NCBI GenBank assembly: GCA_003427395.1 | Contig: BFEA01000030.1 | Span: 3,350,171 to 3,414,170 of the forward strand | Length of the DNA: 64,000 nt | Reading direction: 5' to 3' | Origin: Chara braunii | Taxonomy: Eukaryota; Plantae; Charophyceae | Part shown: positions 52,801 to 64,000 of the stretch, in pieces | How positions within the stretch are numbered: position 1 is the stretch's first letter | Layout of the letters: every line of letters begins with the position of its first letter | Notes under the pieces: model-generated | The model's input: the letters and a program-made list of their open reading frames with translations, nothing else | Database searches by the model: none | What the model was told of the DNA's origin: nothing | Position numbers and translations under genes: made by a program

Positions 52801-54851
52801 AGTGATCTCTGATGCTAGGGTTTTCATGACTTCTGCATCTTCTTACTTAGTTTCCTGATGCTGTAATTCTTGAATTTGCTGTAGGATGTATATTTCCTTA
52901 GAATGACGTTCTACTGCTAATGCTTTTGAATACTCATTAATATTTACGACTTAAAAACATTAGGCCGTTGTTGAACCATTTAACATTATCATTTATCATT
53001 TCCTTTTGTTCCTTCCAGAATTTTCAAACGTCCTTAAGATAGTTTCTAAAATTGTCAATTTTAAGATGAGAAGTGTTGAGTTTGTAGAACCCTTTCCCCT
53101 GATCCGTTTTTTCCTAAACGAGAATATAGCCACACTCATCGCATGATCAAGACCTAGAAAGGGGGAGCGAGGAAAAATTCCCGCCACCTGTAATGCTCCT
53201 TGCATCTCTTTTGATACTAATATTAGATCAATACGAGACTTAGTGTTCTGACCTGCTCTCCCTTTCCTAAAACACGAGAATGTCTTTTGTGTTGGATTAA
53301 TCCTCCAATAGGAGTCAAATGACTTCATTCATTGGCATAGATTAGATATAATCAACTAATCTGACTCTATATAGTCAGGGCATGGGGAAGGGAGTCTCTA
53401 TCTATCTTGATAACGGTTAGGTGCTGCGTTGAAATCCCCAGCTATAATCACTGGGATACCAACAGGTAGCTGAGGGAGGGAAGAAGTGAAGAATCTTTGA
53501 CGATTGCCAACCTCATTGGGTGCATAAATACATAATATACTAACAACCTCTATTTCAAGCATCGCCAGAATGTTTACCCATCTACCTTCCACTTTATCAC
53601 CTTCCCAATTTATCACCTTCACTTTGGAGTCTGGAGGGATCCATATAGCCACCCCTGCGCTCCCTGGTCTGNAAAGCTCAGGAAAGCACACAGCGTCTAC
53701 GAGCTGCCGCTCTGGTCAAACTGGTCATACGTTCCTCGGCGCCCAGACAATGAGCTAAGCTTCAAATCCAGCAAGAACTTATGGTTGTTCTTGTCAAGGT
53801 TCCAATACCCAAAAGGCTTGACTGGCTGCCTCCACTGCTCCTTAGTTTTCTCACACTTGTCTTTCATCTCATATATGTGCTCACGGAATTTCTTGTCGCG
53901 CTCCTCTGGGTCCTCCATCCCTTGCCTAATTAAGGCCTCTGCGAACTCCAGGATGAAAGACATTCCGCCGTCCGTCCGCTCAAATAGCACCCCCTGTGCG
54001 ATTCGGTGTTGCACGCAGCTTACAACAGGATAGACTGTGGCAAACCACAAACAAAGCAGGCTCCTTCTGGAAGCAGAGCAAACAAAACTTTTTCCTTTCT
54101 GGGGTGAGTGTGAATAGCACTCCACATCATCAGGCAGAACACCGCAGGCACTGACATACGGCGTGGCCGCGGGCTCGCAGCCCATTGTCGAGTGGAGTGA
54201 CGAAACGCCGGCAGCAGAGTAGAGCCCTCGAAGTACGTAATGGCCACCTACCTATCTGTGCTAAGAATCATCATCGTCAAACCCCAACAGGCAATCTACA
54301 AACACGCCACCAACGAAACCCTGAACAATCCTCCTCCCGCCGGAGGGGCGACCCTCCCCCTTCTTGATTGAGCTTGCAGGTAACGTGGCATACGTGGCAT
54401 GAAAAAAATGGAATTTTCTTTTTTTTCTTTTCTTTTTCCCCCCTTCTGCACGGGGATTGGTCCTGCCAGTTCGAGGATTGGCCCTGGGGCTCAAGGGCAA
54501 CGTTTTCAAGCATAGGTTCTTGGGACTGCGGAGCGAAAAAACGAGTTAGGGAAAATTAATCACCTTCCCGGAGTTAGGGTGCCCTTGAAACTCAAGTATT
54601 TTCAACTGGTGTCGAACAAGGCCCTCTTTCCTCCTCTCATTTTTCTACCTACTTTTCTCCTCTTTTCCTCTTTTCTCCTTACTTTTCTCCTTTTTTTTCT
54701 CTTTTTTGGAGTTTGTTTCCTTTTCTTGTTCCACTCTCTGACACAAGTGCCAACAATTAGGAGTAGTGGTAGGTAGGTAGTGTGAGGTGAAATTGAGAGA
54801 AGAACATAGCTTTTTTTTTTTTTAAGTGGTTTTAAATAAAAGAAAAAAAAA

Positions 54852-55047
54852 GGGGTAACTTCAGTAGAGTCACAAACACGAGTTATCATTTTGCGCTACG
54901 GGGCAAGATACAGTCTGCAATTGCACTTCAGGCACACTACCTGACCAGAAAGCTGGGTTGTATACATTGCCCAAACTGCAATTCGAAACTCTATCTTGGC
55001 CCATACTGCAATTCTAACTCATTTTTGCGACTCCCGCGTAGTTCCCC
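54852..55047. mobile_element. MITE, GGGTAACT-terminus family
   Basis: Colinear with 7253-7446; imperfect TIRs. Confidence 0.75.
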
Positions 55048-55239
55048 CCCCCACCCCCACACCCACCCACAAGGCGGAACTTCAGTAGATGGTAGCACCA
55101 GGGTTGTCTGTGGCTCCTCGGAAGGTGCGGGTTGATGTAGGTCTAGGTCTAGATAGAGAGGTCTGGTTCGCACCGCTATAGGGCTCGACTTGCGATAAGA
55201 TTAGGATATAACAGGTCACGAATGAGCGCCTGAACCAGA

Positions 55240-55294
55240 TTGGAAACAGCTTGGAAACAGCTTGGAAACAGCTTGGAAACAGCTTGGAAACAGC
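55240..55294. repeat. 11-bp tandem repeat (TTGGAAACAGC)x5
   Basis: Visible; the homologous segment at 57125-57180 has a single unit. Confidence 0.9.
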
Positions 55295-56010
55295 TACCTC
55301 TTCACCCACTTGAGCGGGCGCCAGATCGTTGAGTACGACCACAGGCACCTCCCGAGGCCTAGCATCCACAAGCGGTTAACGGGCTCTATACATTGGTGTG
55401 GAGTTTGCTTGAAATGGCCTTATGGTTTTCTTATAAACTAAGGTGAAAAATGGGGGGTCGGTTAACCGGCTCTCCCCTGGAGGACAAAAACGACTGTCCC
55501 TGGGGTTGACGCCAACCATCTGATCTCCTCACTGGTTGAGTACGACCACAGGCACCTCCCGAGGCCTAGCATCCACCCTCTACTACAAACATGGACCTTT
55601 ATATATATGTATAAATATAAATACAAATATATAAAAGGGAGAAAGTGGGAGTAGAAACTGATGGAAAGTGTGGCTTGGAGTGTGGCTCCACTGCACAGCA
55701 TTCAACATGTATTTGGACCTACCTGGTAATGGACTCAGTACATTCAAAATGGCTGATCTTCTGGCATGTATGTGGTCCACATAGCAGTCCATATACCAGT
55801 CGGCTGCGGAGTAGTGGAGGGAGGTCCTTAGATGGAAGACGGCATACAGAGACACTGGTTCTCTTCAGAGATGGGTTGGCAAGGATTGCCCTTTTTTTTG
55901 TTTTTTGGTTCCTTTTATTTTGGGGAAAGGGCGATAGCCTTGAGATATCATCATAGAACTGACCAGCCCCAGGTAATTCAGGATTGTCCTGTTCTGTGCA
56001 TCTCATTGCG

Positions 56011-56072
56011 TCAGGATTCAAACTTGGGGTCTGTATTTCAACAGTTCAGGGGTGTACCAACTGAGCTCGGCC
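56011..56072 (-). repeat. tRNA-derived SINE head
   Basis: Reverse complement ggccgagctcagttggt...ctgttgaaatacagaccccaagtttgaatcctga has A- and B-box-like motifs. Confidence 0.65.
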
Positions 56073-56947
56073 TGTTGGTGGGAGTGCCTTTGAGCGTGTA
56101 ATAGGGAGTGCCTTTGAGCGTGTAATAGGGAGTGCCTTTGTGTATTTGGCAGGGAATGCCTTTTGCATCTGGCCATTACACTGTAGGTGGATTCCGTAGG
56201 GTCATACTCAGTCTGGTAGTATGGGCCTTGCTCCAGTACACTACATTCTACAGGCATTAGGATGCTTTCTGGACCAGGTTCATTCGGACGAGTCCACCAT
56301 TTTGAATGCATCGGGTCCCGAAAGCGTGCAAATGCATGTAGGACTGGCTGGGCGGGGAACAAGGGGGGTGGATCGCAAAGGTTGTGTGGAAAGGAAGGGA
56401 GACAGGGGGGGGACGAAGTAGGAGATGGGGAAACAGAGTACTGTCTATGCTTTCGAGACTGGACGAAGGTTGACCCCTCTATCCCACCTCGGCCTCTGTC
56501 TGATTTGTTGAGTTTTCCCCACCCCACCCCTGGCTTTGGTGAACATGGAATGGTATGGGGGGGGCAGTGGGTAAAATGGCAGAACATAGGAAAGGAGGTA
56601 GGGGGTTGAGCAAAGGCAGGGCTAGCTAGGGAGGGGGGAGCTCGAGGACTAAGGGGTCAGATTTCAATTGGCCATGGAGTATGTACCTGCAAGAAACTCT
56701 ATTTTCTATTCTATGACGCTGGACCCGTTTTCCAGCAGGTGACGCTCCCCTCTAATAGATGGAGCCTCCCCGGCAGTACTAGAGGTCTCTGCTCCTATCA
56801 GCACCACTAGTTCTTCATCAGGTTGTTTTTCAAAAAAAAAAAAAAAAAAAAAGAAAGTGTTGGGTAGTGGAGCGAGGCCCTATGTCTGGGTAAAGCAGGT
56901 AGGAAAGTTGATGACCTGATCTGGTACAGGTTACGTGGACGTGAAGC

Positions 56948-58475
56948 TTTTTTTTTTTTTTTTAAACGAAACCACCCGGGTAGATGTTAAGGGTGCTGGT
57001 AAGAGCAGACACCACTAGCATTCCCAGGTGGGCTCCATCTATTGGTGGGGAGCAGCACCTGCTGGAAAACGGGTCAAGCGTCCCTTGAAAACAACTTCTG
57101 ACATTCCAACATAAGTTGATGTGTGCCTGAACCAAATTGGAAACAACTACCTCTTCACCCACTTGAGCGGGGGCCAAATCTAACCATATCAAGTTAGTAA
57201 CTATTCCAAGACACTGATTTAGCTATTCTTCCAAAACACCTAGACTTTGAGATCCAGCATCTTCCGGAGGTCAATCATATCTGTACCAAGAACTTCTGGG
57301 CGACAAAATTTATCCATCATTCTCTGTACAGCTGTCAGATTTTCATAGACATTGGCGGTGGAGGGAAGGGATCTGATTTCGCGAAGGGAAGGGATCTGGG
57401 AACACCTAGAAGCTGTCAGATTTTCATAGACATTGGCGGTGGAGGGAAGGGATTTGGTAATCCCCAGTTAGTAACTATTCCAAGGCACTGATTTAGCTAT
57501 TCTTCCAGAACACCACTTTTTTTCTGTTGAACTTGGGACCATAGACATTGGCGGTGGAGGGAAGGGATCTGGGAAACCTGCGACAGAGCGAAGGGGGATT
57601 GAAGGGTCCACCACTATCCAATCAAGGAAAAACAATTTGTAATCTCTGCAAAATCCTTCATTTTTCGGACTCTTTCCCCCTTCCCATTTAATTTCCCCCA
57701 ACTTTCTTCCCTGGTTCCCACCGAAACAACTATGACTGAAATGTTTTATATGTTTGAGAATTTCAGATTTAGAGGATAGATGTTATATTTTATTTTTTGT
57801 TCGTTCCCATTCATTGAGAAGCTCCGTTTGGATCTGCTGTTTGATTGTTTCAGTGAACTCGGGGCCATCTAATCTGCCTCCTTCCATTTCGAAGCTGCAT
57901 CTCCTTAACCATATAGCCCACATGACCGCCCTCCTTCCAACAGTGAATAGATTTGTGTGAACTCTTCAAAAGGTTCAGGCACCCAAGATTCTAGTAAGAT
58001 AGCTTTCCAGTCTCATGGCCAGGGGATCGAAGGGTGAAGTTCATATTCGGTCCCACCATCTCAACAGCCATATGGCTCCAGGGCATTGCATGAACATATA
58101 TTCTATTGTTTCTGGAATGCCAGAGGATGAATGGGTAAAGTTGACTCCGTATTCGGTCCCACCATCTCCACAGCGAAATGGCTCCAGGGCATTGCATGAA
58201 CACATATTTCATTGTTTCTGGGATCAACTTACTAGGAAAAGCAGACTTACAAAAATGACACCAGCGTGTAGCAATTCCTTTCTGTTCTAGAGAGAATCTA
58301 TCTATTACCCAATCGTTAGTGGGGAGACACCTATGCTCAATTTGCCATTGAAGGGATACAAACTTTGCTGGTTTTGCTCTCATAAGTCTCAACCATTTTA
58401 TCCGGTTGATTTCTTCTTTGTCGAGATTGAGACGTTTCATCCATCTCTCTGATACTTTATCTTTTAGGTCGACAG
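56948..58475 (-). mobile_element. 3' fragment of the same LINE family as 44640-53690
   Basis: LQWQIEHRCLPTNDW...WCHFCKSAFP; structured tail and poly(A) at 56948-57084; internal duplications. Confidence 0.8.
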
Positions 58476-61400
58476 TGGGTGGGCGTAACTTGTTCCAAGC
58501 ATAAAGAATCTGACGCCAAAGCATCAACTTCGCCCAACGCTGAGTAAAGGAAGGAAGACACAAGTACAACCAAATATCTTCATGATGTACTAACTTTCAG
58601 TCTGTACTGCTAAGACAAACCAAAAGGTAGAAAACGCAACAACCGATACGACTATGACCCATCCCAACAAGGAAAAGAACTGGCCTTTCTCCCATGTTCC
58701 TATCTTCTCTATCACTTGATTTCCCGGTAAGTTATCTTGTGTCTGTGCACAATTACTCATAGAGACTTGAACTCCGAGAAACCTTCCAGATGCAGTAGGC
58801 GGGAGAGTCTTCATACCCCAATCCCCTTTGAAGGTAAAGGTCTCAGACGAAGTACAATAGTCATCCAAGACAGGTCGCAGTTACTCGTTGCTTCCGTCGT
58901 GCTCTCGCAGGGGACCATGAGGTCGTCTGAGATGGCATCCCCTTTCCAATGGAAAAAATGAGTCACTCTCGACCTTTTATCTGTTCATTGTGCCTAATAT
59001 TGTCCAACAAAACATCAAGTTGAAGCACAAATAGGAAAGGGGCTAGAGGGCAGCCTTGACGAAGAGGGCGGTATAAGTCAAAGGGACGGGATAAGAGGCC
59101 ATCCACGTTGACTTTCGGTGAGGCCGGGGAGTACATTGCTTTGACAAATTTACAAAAGACTGGCCAAAACCCATGCACGGTAGAGTTGTGGCTACAAATG
59201 CCCAACCTAATTTATCGTAGGCCTTCTCCAAGTCCAAGAGTAGTATGGCTACTTTTTTTCTGAGCCTATCACTTCAAGAGTCTGGATTGTCGCCAATATA
59301 TTTTCAAAAATTGATCTCCCCTTTACAAAAACTCCCTCTTGTGGACCCATCACGTATGGCAAGTACCGTGGCAGTTTTTTTTTTTTTTTTTTTTTTTTTT
59401 AACACGCCCCCACCAGTGTTAGTGGTGTTGATAAGAGCATACACCACTAGCACCTGGGGAGAGGCTCCATGTATTGGTGGGGAGCATCACCTGCTGGAAA
59501 ACGGGTTCAGCGTCCCATATACAGTGTCTGTCTAAAATCAAAGCATATCGGAGAAAAATGCGGGATATTCCTGCCAGCATTGACTACCCCGGGATCCAGG
59601 GGATTAATTGAGTAGGATATTGGAATGGGGGGAGGGAACCTCTTCACCCTGGACCTGGCACCGGATACCTGTTGCTACACACCGATTCCTCCCTCCCCCT
59701 ATCTTTTTTTAGCTACATCTTTATCGATATTGCAGTCCTTTTTACAATTGTTGTGGCCGGCAGGGGGAACATATCAGGAAATTCCCCTGGACTCTTCATC
59801 GAAATGTCGGGATTGACTTGAAGCCATTCATGGAACTCGAGATTGCAGTCCTCGGCGAATTCAATGTCTCCCTTTTTGTTCTCACTTTCCTTCGGACAGA
59901 CGATGTATGCCAACCTGCCTCCCTTTTCCCCTCCCAACCAGTTTGCGCAGAAGATACTGATTTATTTTGTAATGTCTGCTTTCTGTGTCAAGTGTTTCAT
60001 CTTTTCCTGTGTTTTTTTCCATCGCACTCTTATTTTAGTTTCTATAAGCTGTCTAACCATTTCTGTCACGTATCCTTTCCCCATCATGGCCCCTTCCTGA
60101 TCAAACACACATCTTCAGAATCTTATCCATAACGCCCATATCACTGTCTTCCTGGCGGTGACGAACAGATTGTTGGAGAAGTTGGAAGTTGGCAGCCTTC
60201 CCTATATTCCTAGTAGGATTGTTTCCCATGTCCAAGGCCACTCCTCCTCAGTACCCAGTAATGCCACATTAGTATCGCCCCTGGGCACTGGAGGAAGATG
60301 TGTTCACATACTTTGCGACTCGGGAATCCTGCATAGCTGAGTTTACACCATGGGAGAGCCTCCCCTTTTTGTTCCAGATTGGTTCTGTCAATGATCCAAT
60401 TGTTGGTGGGAAGGCATCTATAGAATATCTACCACTTCAGGGCAACAAATTTGGCCGGTCTCTCCTTTACTCCTTTAAACTACTTTATTCCTTTTATCTG
60501 ATCATCGTCCAGGTTTAGGTGTCTCTTCCATCTCTCCCTTACCACTGTCTGCACATCTACCTTGGATCTAATCATTATGTAAGTATTCTTATCGTTAGCC
60601 TAGTGAGCTTGACTTTTTGCCCTGTCCGACCTCTCTCCTATTGCCATTCCAGCGGATCCATGGCTAAACTGGACAGGGGTACTTCTGGGCGATAGACCTG
60701 CTATTCTATCTTACCTCCCTTGTGTATTTGCAGCACCCGTATCCGATTGAGGTTGGCTTTCTCGTGCCACTGGACATAGTTTAGGCGGTACCTTACCAGG
60801 GTGTCATCCCTTTTCCTTTCAAATATATTCACCATAGCTCCTTCAGTTCTCACCTCTACCACACACCCTATTTGTAGGGGGAACCCCTCTGCCGCAATTG
60901 TCACCCAATCCTGTTCCTATAAGGACTGTCCTTTTTTCATGATCACCACCCAGGCTAAGGGAATGAAGAATATTAGTTGTTCCATCCTGTCTGCTAAATT
61001 GCAGGCATGTCGTAGACAGGGTATTATTTATTGGATTGTTTTCCGATCTTCAATTGCCTCATCCCATATATCCCTAACTAGAAGAATCCCGTTTCCAACT
61101 CATGCAACCCACTGAAGGTCCGAGCTACAAAAAGTCCGGCCTTGTCTATCTATGATGACTTTATTCCCAAACAGGGGCTGGTGCATAACTTCTTCCATCC
61201 ATTCTGGGGGGGGGGTATCTGTGATCGGCAGCCTTCTCCAATTCTTGATGAGGTTGGCCCAGAATTGGTCCTTAGCAAGATCTTGTCTTGCTGCTCCTCG
61301 ATCTCCTTCCTCTCGTGAGTGTGAATTGGCTTGTGGGATGGACCAATGCCGGTCCTCAATCCAGGTCAACGGGTCTACTCTCAGGGCGTCTCTTGGGGCC

Positions 61401-63690
61401 AGCCTACGGATCTGTTCCCTGACCAGATTCCACCGAGGAGGGGTTATACCCAAGATTAGTTTCTTAACCCATTGGATTGACAGTGTTGTAGCATGCAGAG
61501 AGGGATCCAACAACCCCATTCCCCCTTTCCTCTTAGGCTAAATCAATGTATCCCAAGCCACTCAGTTTATCACGTATTGCTGGTCCGAGTCCCCTCTCCA
61601 GAGGAAGGGCGCGAGTTGCTTTTTGAGGGATTTTGTACTATTCTTACCAAGTTGTCAGAGGGCCAACTTATACCAGATAGCTCCCAACGCCTCGTTATTA
61701 ATAATTAGCACCCTCCCAAAAATTAAAGTGTTTCTGTTTTTCCACTTTTGCATTTTCTCTAGAGATGTTTTCGTGAGTCATTCATCATTCCCTTTTGGTA
61801 GTCCCTGCGTTGATAGTTCTACCCCCAGCACGTGAATCGGGTCCTCTAGAGGTCTCCAGTCCACTTTTGGTTGTTTCGGGGACGAACCCCGTAGTAATGG
61901 ATCCACCAACCCTGCGTCTTGCCACCCCAATTGACGGTCATATCTGACACCCGAGTGAAATGCGGCATCAGGGCTTGGATTTCTGCCATATTGCTTTGGG
62001 TGGCTTCTGTTACTATTGTCAAGTCATCGACAAACATCGAGTAAATGGGTATGGCATCTTCAGGGATGCCCGTCATACGAAGTCTAGAAATTTTCTTGTT
62101 TGTTCTCAAATTGGCCCCTAAAGCTCCATTACTATGATGAAAAGGAAGGGGGCTATGAGATCTCCTTGCCGCACAGAGCGTTGCAATCTGAGTTCTTGTA
62201 CAAGCAAGTCAGTCACATGTAGTCGCGTTATTGCGTTGTGGTGAAGGATTCCTTTCCAGTCCCGAAATTGATGGTTAGGGCTTTAGCAAGGATCTTATAA
62301 GCTACGTTTAATACGGAGATGAGTCGCTAGTTGCGAATTTTTGTTTTAGGTCTCTTCTTATATAACAAGGAAATAATGTCTACCGAGAGACCCATGGGGA
62401 GACTTCGTTCCAGGGACGCTACGTTATAGATCCCAGACAAGAGAGGGGCCATGACCTCCCAAGTGGCTGAATACAACTCTACTGAGAGGCCATCAATCCC
62501 TGAACACGTGCCAGTTGACATAATCCTGACAGCTTGGAGTAAATCCTCTTTGGTGAACAGTCTGTCCAGGTCTAATCTGAGTCCGGTCCCAAAAGGTAAA
62601 GGATAAAGACAGATAGAGTCAAAAGAGTCCGCAAGGCGGACTGTTGTTAAAATGTCTGAGAAGTATTCCACAACGTAGTCACACATAGAGGTACTGGTAA
62701 GTGTTGGTGGCATGTCAAAGGAGAACGAGCGATAAAGTTCTCTTAGTAGTGGTTTGGTGCCCTAAGAGAACAAAAGGTAATTTAGTCATGCGATCTTGAC
62801 CTTTCAGGCCCCGCACCTTTAGCCATTCCAGCCACTGTTTCTAACGTTGCGTTTCTTGCACCTCCAGCTGGACTAGTAGAGGTCCCTGTATGGGTCCTGA
62901 TCCAATTTGGATTCTGCATCTCGGATGGTTTGTTTTCTGCTTTCGCTAACCCGCCTTAGTCTGGGAGAAGACATCTAATGCCGAATGCAATATAGCAAAG
63001 CCAATATCCACCCAATCATCGTAGTTGGAGAGGCCCCTTCGCTCCCTCCCATTTCAATACCTGATCTTTATCCCAGTTGATGATGCCCACATCTTTTAAA
63101 TGAGACACATTTAGTCTGAAAGTCCTTTGAAATTTCCTCACTTGGTCCCTGGACAAAACGTAGTTTGACCATAGGCAACGCTCCCAAAGGACCCCACAAA
63201 CAAACAACATATCCAACCTCCGGCCAAGAGGCGGGGTATGCTCATCAGGCACTGCTCCAAACCACGAAAACCCAAAAGTATCCGGGTTGAGGACACGAAA
63301 GATGTATACTAGGAAGTGGGCAACCATTAGTTCGAGCAAAGTCGTAGTGTCTGCGCGGATCGGGTTCAGTCGGGGTGAGTCCAGACCCAGAGTTAGGGTC
63401 GTGTTCCAGTCCCCGACAACCAGTAAGTGCTCTGTGTCTGGGAGAAAGGCCGGGAGATCGGCAAAAAAATTACAGTGGACTAGGAAATTGACTGGCGCGT
63501 AGACGGACATAATACCCCAATCCTCATTTCCCACAACGATGTTTACCCATACAAAACGGCCCGAAGTGTCCACAAAGTTGTCGAAAATTTCCACGTTCAG
63601 ATACTTGTGAAAAATCATCGTCATCCCCCCTTTCGAATCACCCACCGGGGCCAAAAACTGTGGGTCCGGCCACCATCTCACACAGTCTGC
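58476..63690 (-). mobile_element. Older L1-like LINE (APE + RT) interrupted by 59375-62270
   Basis: APE SVYAP, VGDWN, RRLD (63016-63681); RT YKILAKALTI (~62271) continues as LPRYLP..FVKGRSIFEN, DLEKAYD, LRQGCPLAP left of 59374. Confidence 0.85.
59375..62270 (-). mobile_element. 5'-truncated LINE nested in another LINE
   Basis: RT VRQGDL, FVDD; similar to 50635-51980; ends in the structured tail and poly(A) at 59375-59516. Confidence 0.85.
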
Positions 63691-64000
63691 AGACAGAGAG
63701 TGGACACGTTAAGCTTCGTTTTTGGTAGACATATGATATTTGCAGACAGAGAGTGGACACGCGAAGAGAGTCGTAATCTTCAATCCTTGTCGTTTAAACT
63801 TCTCACATTCCAACTAACACGCCGCAGACGGTGTGGTAGGACCATTGTCCAACCTTCCCGCCCTTAGCTTGGATGTGGCGGAGAAAGATGACTGGTAACA
63901 TTTTGCACTTGTCCTCATCCTCATCCCCAAAGTGCAACTGCCTCAGAGCTGCATGTTTCACCCAATCAACTATAATTTGGGTTGAAATGCCCTATGACAA

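Larger units (their letters stand above)
44640..53690 (-). mobile_element. L1/Tx1-like LINE ORF2 (APE endonuclease, RT, zinc knuckle), decayed and split by the 45741-50634 insertion
   Basis: APE GVAIW, IYAPN, AGDFN, SRIDLI, LDH; RT PGIDG, NYRPITLL, QTGF, VRQGDPIAP, FADD; C-terminus WAIWTRRC; the frame KEAL|EQIV is restored when the insertion is removed. Confidence 0.92.

Overview
Eukaryotic, gene-free, transposon-saturated nuclear DNA with four N-gaps; no host protein-coding gene is supportable. The repeat landscape suggests a streptophyte alga such as Chara, but that is inference only. Main contents: a full-length, decayed Ty3/Gypsy chromovirus (29965-40280; LTRs, tRNA-iMet PBS, AAAAC TSD, gag-PR-RT-RH-IN-chromodomain); an older Gypsy remnant (~10816-14460); several nested L1/Tx1-like LINE copies; two related multi-kb LTR-like non-coding elements, both apparently inserted at GCGC; several MITE families; tRNA-derived SINE-like repeats; microsatellites; and a Nextera mate-pair junction adapter left in the assembly (30832-30869). 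The most interesting signal is a small-RNA mosaic at ~49260-49950: a type III hammerhead ribozyme with an intact core, followed by a tRNA-like module and an antisense U6 snRNA 3' half. A second tRNA-like + U6 pairing with related repeats sits at 17933-18166 inside a 100-bp-TIR element. Also notable: a ~52-nt hairpin + pseudoknot motif in ~10 copies that marks LINE 3' ends, and a MITE family with AAC...GTT ends and 4-bp TSDs.
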